Of a stretch of 64,000 nt of DNA, positions 1 through 10,822 are shown piece after piece. The stretch comes from Terriglobia bacterium (GTDB lineage: Bacteria > Acidobacteriota > Terriglobia > 2-12-FULL-54-10), in the NCBI GenBank assembly GCA_963666975.2, contig CAXVYR010000003.1:576001-640000 (forward strand). Direction: 5' to 3'. The notes beneath the pieces were generated by a model. The model did no database searches and was not told where the DNA came from. It saw only the letters and a list, made by a program, of their open reading frames with translations. Within the stretch, counting starts at the first letter, position 1, and each line of letters starts with the position of its first letter. Position numbers and translations under genes: made by a program.

Positions 1-1265
1 AGCACGACGCCTGTCGCCGCCAGCACCGCGTAAAGGCTCCGCACCTGCCAGACGCCGAGCAGAATCAAAAATTCTCCAACGAAGTTGTTCAGCAGAGGGA
101 GGCCTATGCTGGACAATGAGGTAATCATGAAGAAAACGGCCAAGGCCGGCGCGGGAGTAGCCAGTCCGCCCATATCCCGGATGAAGTGACTGTGCCGCCG
201 CTCATAAATCATGCCGACCATCAAGAAGAGCGCTCCGGTAGAGATGCCGTGATTGATCATCTGATAAACGGCCCCTTCGACCGCTGTTTGATGAAAGGAG
301 AAAATTCCGAGCACGACGAATCCCAGGTGGCTCACCGAGGTGTAGGCGATCAGTTTTTTTAGATTCGGCTGCACCATTGCGACCAATCCGCCGTAGATGA
401 TTCCGACAACGGCCAGGACGCTGATGGCTGACGCCAGCTCGCGGGCGGCATAGGGGAACAGCGGCAGGCAGAACCGCAGCAGGCCGTAGGTTCCCATTTT
501 CAGCAGAACCCCTGCGAGCATCACGGAACCGGCCGTAGGCGCTTCCACGTGGGCGTCGGGCAGCCATGTATGCAGCGGAAACAGGGGGACCTTGACTGCG
601 AAGGCGATAAAAAATGCCAGGAATAGCCATATCTGTTGTGTGCGGGATAGCACGAGCGTTCCGGAAGCGATAGCGCTCAAAATCCTCTGGGAATCGAAAG
701 TTCCGGACAGATTGTAGAGCCAAATGATGGCAACCAGCATCAGCAGGGAACCGAACAGCGTGTACAGGAAAAATTTCAGCGCCGCGTAGACGCGCCGTTC
801 GTGGCCCCATACGCCGATCAAGAAATACATGGGGATCAGACTGACTTCCCAGAACACATAGAACAAGAACAGATCAACCGAAACGAAAACACCGAGCGTG
901 CCGGTTTCCAGCAGCAATAAAAAGAAGAAAAATTCCTTGGTATGTTCCTGGATCGAGCGCCAGGAAATTAGGACGCAAAGGATACTCAGGAATGTGACCA
1001 GCAAAACCAGGAACAGGCTGATGCCGTCCACGCCCACGTGATAGCGGATCGAGAGCGAATCGATCCAGCTCCGGTCGGTTACAAACTGCATCCCGGCGGT
1101 TTGCTCCGAAAAGCGAAAAGGGAGAACCAGAGAAAGCAGGAAAGTCACAATGGACACGCCCAGCGCCAGTCCGCGTATCGCGGCGGGCTGCTGCCGGGGA
1201 ACAAGGAGCAGCACCACAGCCCCGGCGGCGGGCAAAAAGAGAATGCAGTTGAGCAGAGTGTTCAT
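1..1265 (-). CDS. nuoM: NADH-quinone oxidoreductase subunit M (3'-truncated by window edge)
   Basis: ATG at 1265 overlaps the nuoL stop (ATGA). Reading the minus strand gives DLFLFYVFWEVSLIPMYFLIGVWG, FPLHTWLPDAHVEAPTAGSV and LKKLIAYTSVSHLG, all NuoM hallmarks. Missing from the ORF track because it runs off the window. Confidence 0.95.
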   Translation of the reverse strand, partial: MNTLLNCILFLPAAGAVVLLLVPRQQPAAIRGLALGVSIVTFLLSLVLPFRFSEQTAGMQFVTDRSWIDSLSIRYHVGVDGISLFLVLLVTFLSILCVLISWRSIQEHTKEFFFFLLLLETGTLGVFVSVDLFLFYVFWEVSLIPMYFLIGVWGHERRVYAALKFFLYTLFGSLLMLVAIIWLYNLSGTFDSQRILSAIASGTLVLSRTQQIWLFLAFFIAFAVKVPLFPLHTWLPDAHVEAPTAGSVMLAGVLLKMGTYGLLRFCLPLFPYAARELASAISVLAVVGIIYGGLVAMVQPNLKKLIAYTSVSHLGFVVLGIFSFHQTAVEGAVYQMINHGISTGALFLMVGMIYERRHSHFIRDMGGLATPAPALAVFFMITSLSSIGLPLLNNFVGEFLILLGVWQVRSLYAVLAATGVV

Positions 1266-3187
1266 GCGGCCACCGTGACCATGAAGCCAATCAGCAAGAG
1301 CGCTCCGATCACCACCCAGCCGGCGTAAGAGCGGATGTTGCCGGACTGAATCTTGCGCAAGGTGTCGCCAAAGCCGCGAGTCGCGCGTGCGGCGAGGTTC
1401 ACCGTGCCGTCTATTGCTTTGACATCCAGGGTTTTCCAAAGCACCTCGGTGGAACCCAGAATCAGAGGTTTCACGAAGAGGAAGCGATAAATCTCATCGA
1501 CGTAGTACTTGTTGAGCAGCAGCCGGTAAATCCCCCCGGAAGCTTGGGCCAAACGGTCGGCGGCCTCCCGGCGCTTGAGAAAAAGATAGTAAGCGATGTA
1601 TACGCCCAGCGCTGCCATGGCCAGCGAGAGCCCCATCAGCAGGAACTCGATGGATTCTTTACCGGCGGCATGCGCCGCTGCAGGAGCTGCCAGAACCGGC
1701 TCCAGCCAGTGTTCGAAATGATTGCTGCCTCCCAAAAATTGTGGCCAGCCAATCCAGCCGCCGATGAGCGAAAGCACGGCCAGGACGATTAACGGAACCG
1801 TCATGACCTTGGGTGACTCGTGTATGTGCGAGGCAACCTCCGGATCGGCTCGGGATTCACCAAAAAAGGTGAGAAAGACCAGGCGTCCGATATACACGGC
1901 GGTCAAACCCGCCGTCAGCAAAGCAATTACCCAGAAGAGGGGTCCGGCTCCGGTGGAGCTGGTGAAAGTTCTCCAGAGAATCTCATCTTTGCTGAAGAAT
2001 CCTGCAAAGGGAAAAGCCCCAATCAGCGCCAGGGATGCGAACAGAAAAGTCCAGAAGGTAATGGGGATTTTTTTGCGTAATCCGCCCATTTTGCGGATGT
2101 CCTGCTCGCCGCCCATCGCGTGGATTACGCTGCCGGCCCCCAAAAACAGCAAGGCCTTAAAAAATGCGTGCGTCATCAAGTGGAATACCGCTGCGCCGAA
2201 GGCGCCCACGCCGCAGGCCATCACCATATAACCGAGCTGGCTGATGGTGGAATAAGCCAGAATCCGTTTAATGTCGGTTTGCAGGATGCCGATGGTTGCG
2301 GCATAGAGCGCCGTGATACAGCCGATGACCGCCACGACCAGCAACGCTTCCGGAGCTTGCACATAAATCGGGCTGGAGCGTGCGATGATATAGACGCCGG
2401 CGGTGACCATGGTGGCCGCGTGGATCAGCGCGCTGACCGGCGTAGGTCCCAGCATGGCGTCCGGGAGCCAGATGTACAGCGGAATCTGGGCGGATTTCCC
2501 GACGGCCCCGGCCAGCAGCAGCAGGCCGATCAGGGTGAGGACGCCTGATCCGTCCGAGTCCACTGGAAACTGCGCGGCCTCCGCGAAGATCACCGGAAAA
2601 TCCAGCGAGCCGAAGGTTGTGTAGAGCACGATCAAGCCGAGCAGAAAACCGAGGTCGCCCAGGCGCGTGACGATGAACGCCTTCTTGCCGGCATCGGCGG
2701 CGTCCTCCCGGCGGAAGTAATACCCGATCAAAAGATAGGAACAAAGCCCGACTCCCTCCCATCCCACCAACAGCAGCAGGTAATTGCCGGCCAGAACCAA
2801 AGTCAGCATAAAGAACAGGAACAGGTTCATGTAGGCGAAGAACCGGTGGACCCCCTTCTCGCCCGACATATAGCCGATGGAATAGATATGGATGAGCAGG
2901 CCCACGCCGGTTACAACCAGCGACATGACGGCGGAAAGAGGGTCGAGATAGAGATTGAAATCTACATGAAAATCGGCGCCGGCAATCCAGGGGAAGTACG
3001 ACTCCATGCGGGCTGCGTCGCCGAGGCTGAAGCAGGCAATGAGAGCGAGCAGAAAGGAACAGGCAACGGCGCCGACGGCAATCGCGGCAATCCCCCGAAG
3101 CGAAAGACGTTTCCCCCAAAGCCCGTTCAACGCAGCGCCCAGAAGCGGAAGAATCGGGATCAGCCACAATGGAAGACTTGTATCCAT
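1262..3187 (-). CDS. nuoL: NADH-quinone oxidoreductase subunit L
   Basis: GWEGVGLCSYLLIG, GKSAQIPLYIWLPDAMLGPTPVSALIHAATMV, KRILAYSTISQLG motifs. Confidence 0.97.
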   Translation of the reverse strand: MDTSLPLWLIPILPLLGAALNGLWGKRLSLRGIAAIAVGAVACSFLLALIACFSLGDAARMESYFPWIAGADFHVDFNLYLDPLSAVMSLVVTGVGLLIHIYSIGYMSGEKGVHRFFAYMNLFLFFMLTLVLAGNYLLLLVGWEGVGLCSYLLIGYYFRREDAADAGKKAFIVTRLGDLGFLLGLIVLYTTFGSLDFPVIFAEAAQFPVDSDGSGVLTLIGLLLLAGAVGKSAQIPLYIWLPDAMLGPTPVSALIHAATMVTAGVYIIARSSPIYVQAPEALLVVAVIGCITALYAATIGILQTDIKRILAYSTISQLGYMVMACGVGAFGAAVFHLMTHAFFKALLFLGAGSVIHAMGGEQDIRKMGGLRKKIPITFWTFLFASLALIGAFPFAGFFSKDEILWRTFTSSTGAGPLFWVIALLTAGLTAVYIGRLVFLTFFGESRADPEVASHIHESPKVMTVPLIVLAVLSLIGGWIGWPQFLGGSNHFEHWLEPVLAAPAAAHAAGKESIEFLLMGLSLAMAALGVYIAYYLFLKRREAADRLAQASGGIYRLLLNKYYVDEIYRFLFVKPLILGSTEVLWKTLDVKAIDGTVNLAARATRGFGDTLRKIQSGNIRSYAGWVVIGALLLIGFMVTVAA

Positions 3188-3297
3188 TCTTTACTTCGCT
3201 TTGCTTAAAAAGAACTTCCTTTGCTAAAAGAACTTCGCGATCAGAAACCGTCACTCCGTCCAGGCAGCGCCCCGGCATGGCAGGTCTGCTACTTTCG

Positions 3298-3600
3298 TCA
3301 AAGTTTCATCAGATCAATCCGGTCCACGTTGAGTGATTCGCGGTTCCTGAAGACGGTAATAATAATCGCCAGTCCAATCGTCGCTTCCGCCGCCGCAACC
3401 ACCATCACAAAAAACACGAATATCTGGCCGTCCAGTTGCCGCAGAGAATAGGAAAGCGACACGAAGGTGAGATTGACGGCGTTCAGCATCAACTCCACGG
3501 ACATGAATATCGTGACGATGTTGCGCTTGAAAAGAAACCCGGCAACACCAATCACAAACAAGATTGCGGCCAGAATCAGATAATAGGAAAGGGGAACCAT
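3298..3600 (-). CDS. nuoK: NADH-quinone oxidoreductase subunit K
   Basis: MSVELMLNAVNL, VAAAEATIGLAII; probable start at MVPLSYY. Confidence 0.96.
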   Translation of the reverse strand: MVPLSYYLILAAILFVIGVAGFLFKRNIVTIFMSVELMLNAVNLTFVSLSYSLRQLDGQIFVFFVMVVAAAEATIGLAIIITVFRNRESLNVDRIDLMKL

Positions 3601-3662
3601 TGTTTTCTCAATTCCTCGCGGCAAAGTCGATCTTCTGGAGACATTCGCCCGTGCTCCCGGGT

Positions 3663-4157
3663 TTAGGGCTCTTTTTTGGCCAGAACAATTGCCCCGATGA
3701 TGGCGATTAAAATCAGGATGGAGATCACCTCAAAGGGAAGCAGGAAGTCCCGGAACAGGAGCCGCCCGATTGCAGCCGTTTGGCCGGGGAAGTCTCCGAA
3801 TTGCACCATCGCGTCTCCGGGAAACTGGCGGTAGATCACCACCGTGACCATGGCCAGCAGAAGGAAGAGCAAGGGCAGGCCGAGATACTTGGCCACCTTG
3901 CTGCGGTCGCTCTGTTCTTCCTCGTCGGCGTTCAAGAGCATGATGACGAAGACGAACAGGACCATCACAGCCCCGGCATAGACGATCACCTGCACCACGG
4001 CGATGAACTCGGCGCCCAGCATGAGGTAGAGCGACGCCAGCGAGCCCATGACCCCGATCAGCGAAAGAGCGCTGTGAATGGGGTGCCGCTGGATGAGCAG
4101 GTTGATTGCAAACCCAACCGCAGCCGCTGCGAAGAGAAAAAAGAGCGCTTGATACAT
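3663..4157 (-). CDS. nuoJ: NADH-quinone oxidoreductase subunit J
   Basis: AEFIAVVQVIVYAGAVMVLFVFVIMLL, PFEVISILIL motifs. Confidence 0.96.
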   Translation of the reverse strand: MYQALFFLFAAAAVGFAINLLIQRHPIHSALSLIGVMGSLASLYLMLGAEFIAVVQVIVYAGAVMVLFVFVIMLLNADEEEQSDRSKVAKYLGLPLLFLLLAMVTVVIYRQFPGDAMVQFGDFPGQTAAIGRLLFRDFLLPFEVISILILIAIIGAIVLAKKEP

Positions 4158-4178
4158 CGCGGCATTTCCTTGCGATCG

Positions 4179-5228
4179 CTAGGACCAGAAACGAGACAGC
4201 GCTGGCCAGGCAACCATCACAAAACTGGTGAGGATCACGTTCCCGAGCGCCACCGGCATCAGAAACTTCCATCCAAACGCCATGAGCTGGTCATAGCGGA
4301 AACGAGGCAAGGTCCCCCGAAGCCAGACGTAGACGAACAGGAAGCAAAAAACCTTTAATGCGAACCAAAACAAGGGCAGGATCACCTGCAGGAACGGCGG
4401 ACCGAACAAGGGGCCGTGCCATCCCCCGAAAAACAAAACGGTCGCTACGCAAGAGACGGCGACCATGTTGGCGTACTCGGCCATGAAAAACATCGCAAAT
4501 TTCATGCTGCTGTACTCGGTATGATAACCGGCTACCAGCTCCGTTTCCGCTTCCGGCATGTCAAAGGGCAGGCGGTTGGTCTCCGCAATCGCTCCCACAT
4601 AAAAACAAAAGAAACCCACGATCTGGGGAAAGACATGCCAGCGCGGCAGAAATCCCCAATAGGTTCCTGCCTGAGCATCCACAATGGTTCGCAGACTCAA
4701 GCTGCCGGTCATCAGCAGCACGCCGACCACAGAGAGGCCGACGGCCAGCTCGTAACTAATCATCTGGGCGGTGCTGCGCAGGCTGCCCAGCAAGGAGTAC
4801 TTGCTGTTGGAGGACCATCCGGCCAGGGCGATTCCATAAACCGCCATGGAACTGACGGCAAACAGGAACAACAGGCCGATATCCGGGTCGGCCACTTGAA
4901 ACGCCTCCACGCCGCCCAGGGTGAGGGACGGGCCGAAGGGAATGACCGCAAATGCCAGCAGGGCAAAGACCAGCGATAGCAGCGGCGCCAAGGTATAGAT
5001 GAACCGAAAGGCGCTGCTCGGAGTGATGTCCTCTTTGGTAAGAAGTTTCACGGCATCGGCCAAAGGCTGTAACAGTCCGTGCGGTCCCACACGGGTCGGA
5101 CCCCACCGGGACTGCATGCGCGCCACCACTTTCCGCTCAAACAGAACGGCATAGGCTACGGCCGTCAACAGCACGACCAGGATGAGCACAATTTTGACCA
5201 GCGTGAACAGAATCACCGCGGGTGGCAT
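4179..5228 (-). CDS. nuoH: NADH-quinone oxidoreductase subunit H
   Basis: ERKVVARMQSRWGPTRVG, AETNRLPFDMPEAETELVAGYHTEYS, RFRYDQLM motifs. Confidence 0.97.
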   Translation of the reverse strand: MPPAVILFTLVKIVLILVVLLTAVAYAVLFERKVVARMQSRWGPTRVGPHGLLQPLADAVKLLTKEDITPSSAFRFIYTLAPLLSLVFALLAFAVIPFGPSLTLGGVEAFQVADPDIGLLFLFAVSSMAVYGIALAGWSSNSKYSLLGSLRSTAQMISYELAVGLSVVGVLLMTGSLSLRTIVDAQAGTYWGFLPRWHVFPQIVGFFCFYVGAIAETNRLPFDMPEAETELVAGYHTEYSSMKFAMFFMAEYANMVAVSCVATVLFFGGWHGPLFGPPFLQVILPLFWFALKVFCFLFVYVWLRGTLPRFRYDQLMAFGWKFLMPVALGNVILTSFVMVAWPALSRFWS

Positions 5229-5270
5229 AAGCGCGTCTCGAATAACGGGCCAGGCTTTTTTTCTTGCAGT

Positions 5271-7595
5271 TTAAGCCGGGTCAGGCTCTTTCCGTATGGC
5301 TCGCTCGGGAACCAAGTTCAAAATATTACTGAAGCGTCCCAAGGTTCCCGAAGTGAACAGTGTATCTTGTGCCGAGTAAACTCGTCCGGACGTTTCTGCC
5401 GGAGCTGCAAGCGGTTTGAAACCGTTCGGATTGAGAACAGCCTCAGCCCCGCCGGCCAGCACATTAGCGAGCGGAATATTATATTCCGGCACCATTTGAC
5501 GAATCTCTTCGAGCGCTTCCTCGGGCCGGCACGGGTGGAGCGCGGCTCCCATAGCGGCTGCCAGGCTTTCGAAAATTTGCAGATCCGTCCGGGTTCCCAG
5601 AACCCCTATCGCTTTGCGCAACCGTTGCAGCTCTCCGCAGGTATTCGTCACGGTGCCCGATTTCTCGTATGCGCTGGCGGCCGGCAGCACGACGTCGGCG
5701 GCTTGCGCCGTCTCCTGGAGAAACAAGTCTTGCACCACCAAGAATGTCTTGCCGCGAAAATCCGCGGGATTGCGTCCCTTCAAGGGGTTCGCGCCCACCA
5801 CGTACAGCGAATCCATGCCGCCCTGCAGTGTAGCCGTCACCATTTCGTCCACCGAAAGTCCCGATGTTTCCGGTATGGGCGTTTTCCATCGATTCTCGAA
5901 AAAGGCGCGAGCCACAGCGTCCTCAACCGGGCGGTACCCGGGCAACAGGTGCGGCAGCAGCCCCATGTCAGAAGCGCCCCGCGAGTTGCTGGAGTCGCCC
6001 AAGACAATGTAACGTGTTCGTCCGGACAACTGGCTTCCCATGCGGATTAACAGCGAAACGTCCGGCCCCGTGATCTCGTCTCCGAAAACAACGATCACAT
6101 CTTTCTCTTCCTGTAAACGATTCCGGAAATCATGGAGAAGGTCTGAGGTGACAGGGTCCCCGCTGGGAGTTTTGCCCAGCAAAGCTTGACCGGCTTCCGG
6201 TTCTCCGCAAAGGTAGCGCAGCGCATCTGCTTCGTGTCCCAAGCCCAAAGGCAGGAAACGATGACTCTGGCGGAGCAGGGGAATCCGCCGGGAATTAATG
6301 ATGTATAGCCTGGCACCGTTGCGACGGCAGGCCTCCCGGATGTTCCATGCGATCAACGGGTGCTGCTCGGTGGGATTGTTGCCGACGAGCAGGATTGCGG
6401 AGGCTCCGACAATATCTTTTGATCGAGCCAGAGGCGGCCGTTGGGCCTGTGCCGGCTGCTCTGGGGACTCATTCGCCAGAGCATGGATCAGGGCGGCATA
6501 GTCAGCCGTGCGGTGATGGTCCACGTGATTGGTCTGGAGAACGGTCCGCGCGAATTTCTGCAATAAATAGTTCTCTTCATTGGTGGTGTGATTGGAGGCG
6601 ATCACACCAAAGCCTTTCGAGCGTTTCTCAGAGGTCCCGGCCAAGATGTTATTCGCAGCCTCGTTCCGGCGAGAGAGAATTTCACCCCACTTGGCGGCAA
6701 CCATCCCGATGGCTTCTTCCCAGGTGGTTGCGACCAGTTCCTGTCCTTTGCGAACCAACGGCTGCCGGAGCCGCGAGGGATGCTCGACGAAGTCATAGGC
6801 GTAGCGGCCTTTGATGCAGAGAAACTCTCCGTTGATCCCGCTGCGGTCACGGTTGTTTCCGCGAAGAATCTTGTTATTCCGCACGCTCAATGTTGTTTTG
6901 CAGCCATCGCCGCAGTGGGTGCAGATGGTGCTGGTATACTGAATCTCCCAAGGCCGCGCCTTGTAGCGATAAGCGCCGCTGGTCAGCGCCCCCACCGGGC
7001 AAATGTCGATGCACATCCCGCACTCTTCGCACTCCAGATGATCGCCGTGATTGGGAGCAATCTCCGTGCGGGCTCCTCGGTTGACTACGCTCAAGGCTCC
7101 CACGCCCATTCCTTCGTCGCAGACGCGCACGCAGCGGTAACAAAGGATGCAGCGCGGAGCGTCGAAATAGACCACCGGGGACCACTGTTGTTCCTCCACG
7201 TGACGCTTTGCTTCGCCATAGCGGCTTTCGGAGGCGCCGTAACGGAACACCATGTCCTGCAATTCGCACTCCCCGCCTTTGTCGCAGACCGGGCAGTCCA
7301 GCGGATGATTCCCCAGCAGGAACTCCAGCATGGAACGGCGGGCTTGGGCCACCTGCTCGGTGTTCGAGCGCACGATCATCCCTTCGGTGGCGGGAACGGT
7401 ACAGGCGGTTTGGAGTTTGGGCGCTTTCTCAATCTCCACCAGGCACATGCGGCAGGCCGCTTGCAAGGAAAGCCCCGGATAGTAACAGAAGGAAGGAACC
7501 TCAATTCCCGCCGCGCGGCAGGCATCAATCAGCAGGGTCCCTCGCTGCACCTCCAGTTCCCGGTCGTCCAGTCGAATTTTTACCATTTCACCCAT
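5271..7595 (-). CDS. nuoG: NADH-quinone oxidoreductase subunit G
   Basis: ACRMCLVE, HPLDCPVCDKGGECELQD, CILCYRCVRVC Fe-S motifs; molybdopterin-oxidoreductase-like C-terminal region. Confidence 0.96.
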   Translation of the reverse strand: MGEMVKIRLDDRELEVQRGTLLIDACRAAGIEVPSFCYYPGLSLQAACRMCLVEIEKAPKLQTACTVPATEGMIVRSNTEQVAQARRSMLEFLLGNHPLDCPVCDKGGECELQDMVFRYGASESRYGEAKRHVEEQQWSPVVYFDAPRCILCYRCVRVCDEGMGVGALSVVNRGARTEIAPNHGDHLECEECGMCIDICPVGALTSGAYRYKARPWEIQYTSTICTHCGDGCKTTLSVRNNKILRGNNRDRSGINGEFLCIKGRYAYDFVEHPSRLRQPLVRKGQELVATTWEEAIGMVAAKWGEILSRRNEAANNILAGTSEKRSKGFGVIASNHTTNEENYLLQKFARTVLQTNHVDHHRTADYAALIHALANESPEQPAQAQRPPLARSKDIVGASAILLVGNNPTEQHPLIAWNIREACRRNGARLYIINSRRIPLLRQSHRFLPLGLGHEADALRYLCGEPEAGQALLGKTPSGDPVTSDLLHDFRNRLQEEKDVIVVFGDEITGPDVSLLIRMGSQLSGRTRYIVLGDSSNSRGASDMGLLPHLLPGYRPVEDAVARAFFENRWKTPIPETSGLSVDEMVTATLQGGMDSLYVVGANPLKGRNPADFRGKTFLVVQDLFLQETAQAADVVLPAASAYEKSGTVTNTCGELQRLRKAIGVLGTRTDLQIFESLAAAMGAALHPCRPEEALEEIRQMVPEYNIPLANVLAGGAEAVLNPNGFKPLAAPAETSGRVYSAQDTLFTSGTLGRFSNILNLVPERAIRKEPDPA

Positions 7596-7601
7596 CAGCG
7601 T

Positions 7602-8930
7602 TTACCGGGAAGCCGTGGCAGGCTCCTGCTTGGATTCAAAAGGACAAGGACGTCCGGAAAGGTGCATTTCAAATTCCTCCCGGAACTTCTGCACAAAACT
7701 GATCATGGGCATGGCGGCGGCGTCGCCCAGCGGGCAGAAGGTTCGCCCAAGCATATTTTTGGCCAGATGCTCTACCAAGCCGATATCCTCGTCCCGCCCT
7801 CCGCCGGAATGGAAACGGTGGAGTGTTTTACTCAGCCAGTCGGTTCCTTCCCGGCAGGGGATGCACCAGCCGCAGCTCTCGTGCGCATAGAATTGCATGA
7901 GGCGCAGGGCAACCTTCACCATGCAGGTGTCCTCGTGCATCATAATCACGGCTCCCGAACCCAGCATGGAGCCCGCTTTGGCCACCGAATCAAAATCCAT
8001 GGGGGTATCCAGCGCGTCGGCGGTCAGCACCGGCGTGGAGGAACCTCCCGGGATGACGGCTTTCACTTTCTTGCCGTCCAGAATTCCGCCTCCCACTTCC
8101 TCGATCATCTTGCGCAGCGGGAACCCCATCGGCAATTCGTAAACTCCCGGCCGGTTGACGTGTCCGGAAAGCACAAAGAGCCGTGTTCCCCCGTTGCGCG
8201 GCGTTCCCAACTGTGCATACCACTCCCCGCCGTTGCGGAGGATGGCGGGGACAGCGGAGAAAGTTTCCACATTGTTGAGGACCGTCGGACCGCCGTAGAG
8301 CCCGACCACAGCGGGAAACGGGGGGCGAATCCGCGGAATGCCGCGCTTGCCTTCGAGCGACTCCAGCAGCGCCGATTCCTCGCCGCACTCGTAGGCTCCC
8401 GCCCCGGTGTGGGTCGCCAGTTCAAAGTCAAAACCGGTCCCTAGAATGTTTTTTCCCAGGTAGCCCCGCGCGTATGCTTCCTCCAGCGCGCGGTCCAGAA
8501 TTTCCAGCAGATAGCGGTACTCCCCCCGCACGTAGATATAACCCTGGTGGGAGCCCACCACGATGCCTGCAATCAAAATCCCTTCGATCAACTGATGGGG
8601 GTCTTTCTCCATCAGCAGGCGGTCCTTGCAGGTTCCCGGCTCGCTCTCGTCGGCGTTGCAGACGATATATTTTGGCTTGGGAGATTCTTTAGGGACAAAA
8701 CCCCATTTCATGCCGGTCGGAAAACCCGCTCCACCCCGGCCTCGCAGATTGGACCGCTTCAACTCCTCCAAGATGGATTCCGGAGTCATCTGCTTCAGGG
8801 ATTTTTCGAGCGCCTGGTAGCCGTCGTGGCCCAGATAAGTGTCGATGGAAGCGGAATTCGGCAGGTCAAACCGTTCGGTTAAGACGAGCACCTCATGTTC
8901 GGAAACCGGCATGCCAGAGTGATCCTTCAA
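7602..8930 (-). CDS. nuoF: NADH-quinone oxidoreductase subunit F
   Basis: LRGRGGAGFPTGMKW, NADESEPGT, HESCGWCIPCREG; start is either TTG 8930 or ATG 8912. Confidence 0.97.
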   Translation of the reverse strand: MKDHSGMPVSEHEVLVLTERFDLPNSASIDTYLGHDGYQALEKSLKQMTPESILEELKRSNLRGRGGAGFPTGMKWGFVPKESPKPKYIVCNADESEPGTCKDRLLMEKDPHQLIEGILIAGIVVGSHQGYIYVRGEYRYLLEILDRALEEAYARGYLGKNILGTGFDFELATHTGAGAYECGEESALLESLEGKRGIPRIRPPFPAVVGLYGGPTVLNNVETFSAVPAILRNGGEWYAQLGTPRNGGTRLFVLSGHVNRPGVYELPMGFPLRKMIEEVGGGILDGKKVKAVIPGGSSTPVLTADALDTPMDFDSVAKAGSMLGSGAVIMMHEDTCMVKVALRLMQFYAHESCGWCIPCREGTDWLSKTLHRFHSGGGRDEDIGLVEHLAKNMLGRTFCPLGDAAAMPMISFVQKFREEFEMHLSGRPCPFESKQEPATASR

Positions 8931-9406
8931 GCGCGTGAGCGTTGGAGCTCCCCAATCAATTGGTCGAAACGTTCCGGAGTCAGTTCATGATGAAACTGAT
9001 AATTCACCTGTATGGCCGGGGCCCAAGCACAGGCCCCTATGCACTCCACCTCCTCCAAGGAAAACAGCTTGTCAGGAGTTGTTTCGCCGGGAGCAAGGCT
9101 CAGCTTTTTCCGGGCGTGCTCGAACAGTTCCTCGCCGCCCCGCAGAAGACAGGAGATGTTGGTGCATACCTGCAGGTGGTATTTGCCCGCGGGCTTTTTG
9201 CGCAACATGGAATAATACGAGATGGTTTCTTCCACTTGCGGGATCGTCAACTCCAGCCGTCCGGCGATTTCAGCGATTGTTTCCTTGCGCAGGAAGCCTT
9301 GTTCGTCCTGGACAAACAGCAGCATGGGAATCAGCGATGAGCGCTTGATGGGATAGTTCCGCATCAGCTTTTTTAATTTATCTTCGAGTTGTGCGCTGAA
9401 TTGCAT
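8927..9406 (-). CDS. nuoE: NADH-quinone oxidoreductase subunit E
   Basis: VCTNISCLLRG and VECIGACAWAP 2Fe-2S motifs. Confidence 0.95.
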   Translation of the reverse strand: MQFSAQLEDKLKKLMRNYPIKRSSLIPMLLFVQDEQGFLRKETIAEIAGRLELTIPQVEETISYYSMLRKKPAGKYHLQVCTNISCLLRGGEELFEHARKKLSLAPGETTPDKLFSLEEVECIGACAWAPAIQVNYQFHHELTPERFDQLIGELQRSRA

Positions 9407-9475
9407 GTGCAACTTCTTGTGAGCGGAATTATCCTTAAGAAATCTATTCTATTGAGAACCTGACTTTAGGGCAAG

Positions 9476-9541
9476 GTCAGGGCACGGTTTCAACCGTGCC
9501 AAAAGATGCGCGCTGTCGCAGGGGTTTTAACCCCTGAGGTA
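9476..9541. repeat. REP-like double-hairpin element (family A) between nuoD and nuoE
   Basis: GGCACGGTTTCAACCGTGCC and CAGGGGTTTTAACCCCTG palindromes; its reverse complement matches the element at 18643-18709. Confidence 0.8.
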
Positions 9542-9631
9542 ATTCGTCCATAGCAAAGCGCCCCGACGCCGAGGACCACGGGTACTCATTAGCTGCCAAT
9601 ACCAGGCCTTGCTTGACGGAATTCTCTTCAA

Positions 9632-10822
9632 TTAGCGGTCAATTTCTCCCAGCACAATGTCGATGGTGCCGATGCAGGCAACCAGGTCGCTCAGCAAGCG
9701 TCCTTCGGCGAGCTTCGGAAGGGCCTGCAGGTTGGCGAAGGAAGGCGAGCGCACCTTCACGCGATAGGGACGGGACGTGCCGTCGCTGACCACGTAATAC
9801 CCCATCTCGCCCCGGGGAGACTCCACGGCCTGGTAGACCTCGCCCGGCGGGACGCGGAAACCTTCGGTGACAATTTTGAAATGATAGATCAGGGCCTCCA
9901 TCTGGGTTTTCATCTTCTCGCGCTCCGGCATCACCACTCCGGGCGCATGCGCCTGGACGGGACCTTCGGGCAGGCCGTCGATCGCTTGCCGGATAATCTT
10001 CAGGCTCTCCCGCATCTCGGCTATGCGCAGCAGGTAGCGGGCATACACATCCCCATCGGTTGAAACGGGCACTTGAAACGAAAACTTTTCGTAAGAAGAG
10101 TAAGGGTTGTCCCGGCGCAGGTCCCAGTCGATTCCGGAAGCGCGCAACGTGGGGCCGCTGACGCCCAAGTCCAAGGCATCCTCGGCGCTGAGGATGCCCA
10201 CGCCCCGTGTACGGCCGATCCAGATGCGATTCCGCGTCAGCAGGTCTTCATACTCTTGCAGGCGGGCCGGGAAGGATTTCAGGAAATTTTCGATTCGCGG
10301 AAAGATGTCGCGCGGAGGCTCCAACGCCAGACCGCCAACCCGGAAATAGCTGGTCATCATCCGCTGCCCGGAGGCCGTCTCAAATATATTCAGAATCTCT
10401 TCGCGCTCGCGAAAACAGTAGAGGAAAACAGACATCGCGCCAATATCAATGGCGTGGGTGCCCAGCCATACCAGATGGCTCGCGATGCGGGTCAGCTCAT
10501 TCAGCATCACTCGCATCCACTGGGCGCGCGGCGGGACCTCCAGCCCCAGCAGCTTTTCGACCGCCAGCACATAACAGAGGTTATTGGTCAGCGGGCACAG
10601 ATAGTCGATCCGGTCCGTTAACGTGATGGCCTGGTGAAAGGTCATGCTTTCGCAACTTTTCTCGATGCCGGTATGAAGGTAGCCGATATCGGGAGTGGCG
10701 CGCACAATGGTTTCCCCATCCAGTTCCAGGACGAGACGCAACACTCCGTGCGTGGAAGGGTGCTGGGGACCCATGTTGAGAACCAGCGTGCGGGCGTCGG
10801 GCGGGATAGCAAGCTCCGGCAT
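9632..10822 (-). CDS. nuoD: NADH-quinone oxidoreductase subunit D
   Basis: NMGPQHPSTHGVLRL, ESPRGEMG, C-terminal DIVLGEIDR. Confidence 0.97.
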   Translation of the reverse strand: MPELAIPPDARTLVLNMGPQHPSTHGVLRLVLELDGETIVRATPDIGYLHTGIEKSCESMTFHQAITLTDRIDYLCPLTNNLCYVLAVEKLLGLEVPPRAQWMRVMLNELTRIASHLVWLGTHAIDIGAMSVFLYCFREREEILNIFETASGQRMMTSYFRVGGLALEPPRDIFPRIENFLKSFPARLQEYEDLLTRNRIWIGRTRGVGILSAEDALDLGVSGPTLRASGIDWDLRRDNPYSSYEKFSFQVPVSTDGDVYARYLLRIAEMRESLKIIRQAIDGLPEGPVQAHAPGVVMPEREKMKTQMEALIYHFKIVTEGFRVPPGEVYQAVESPRGEMGYYVVSDGTSRPYRVKVRSPSFANLQALPKLAEGRLLSDLVACIGTIDIVLGEIDR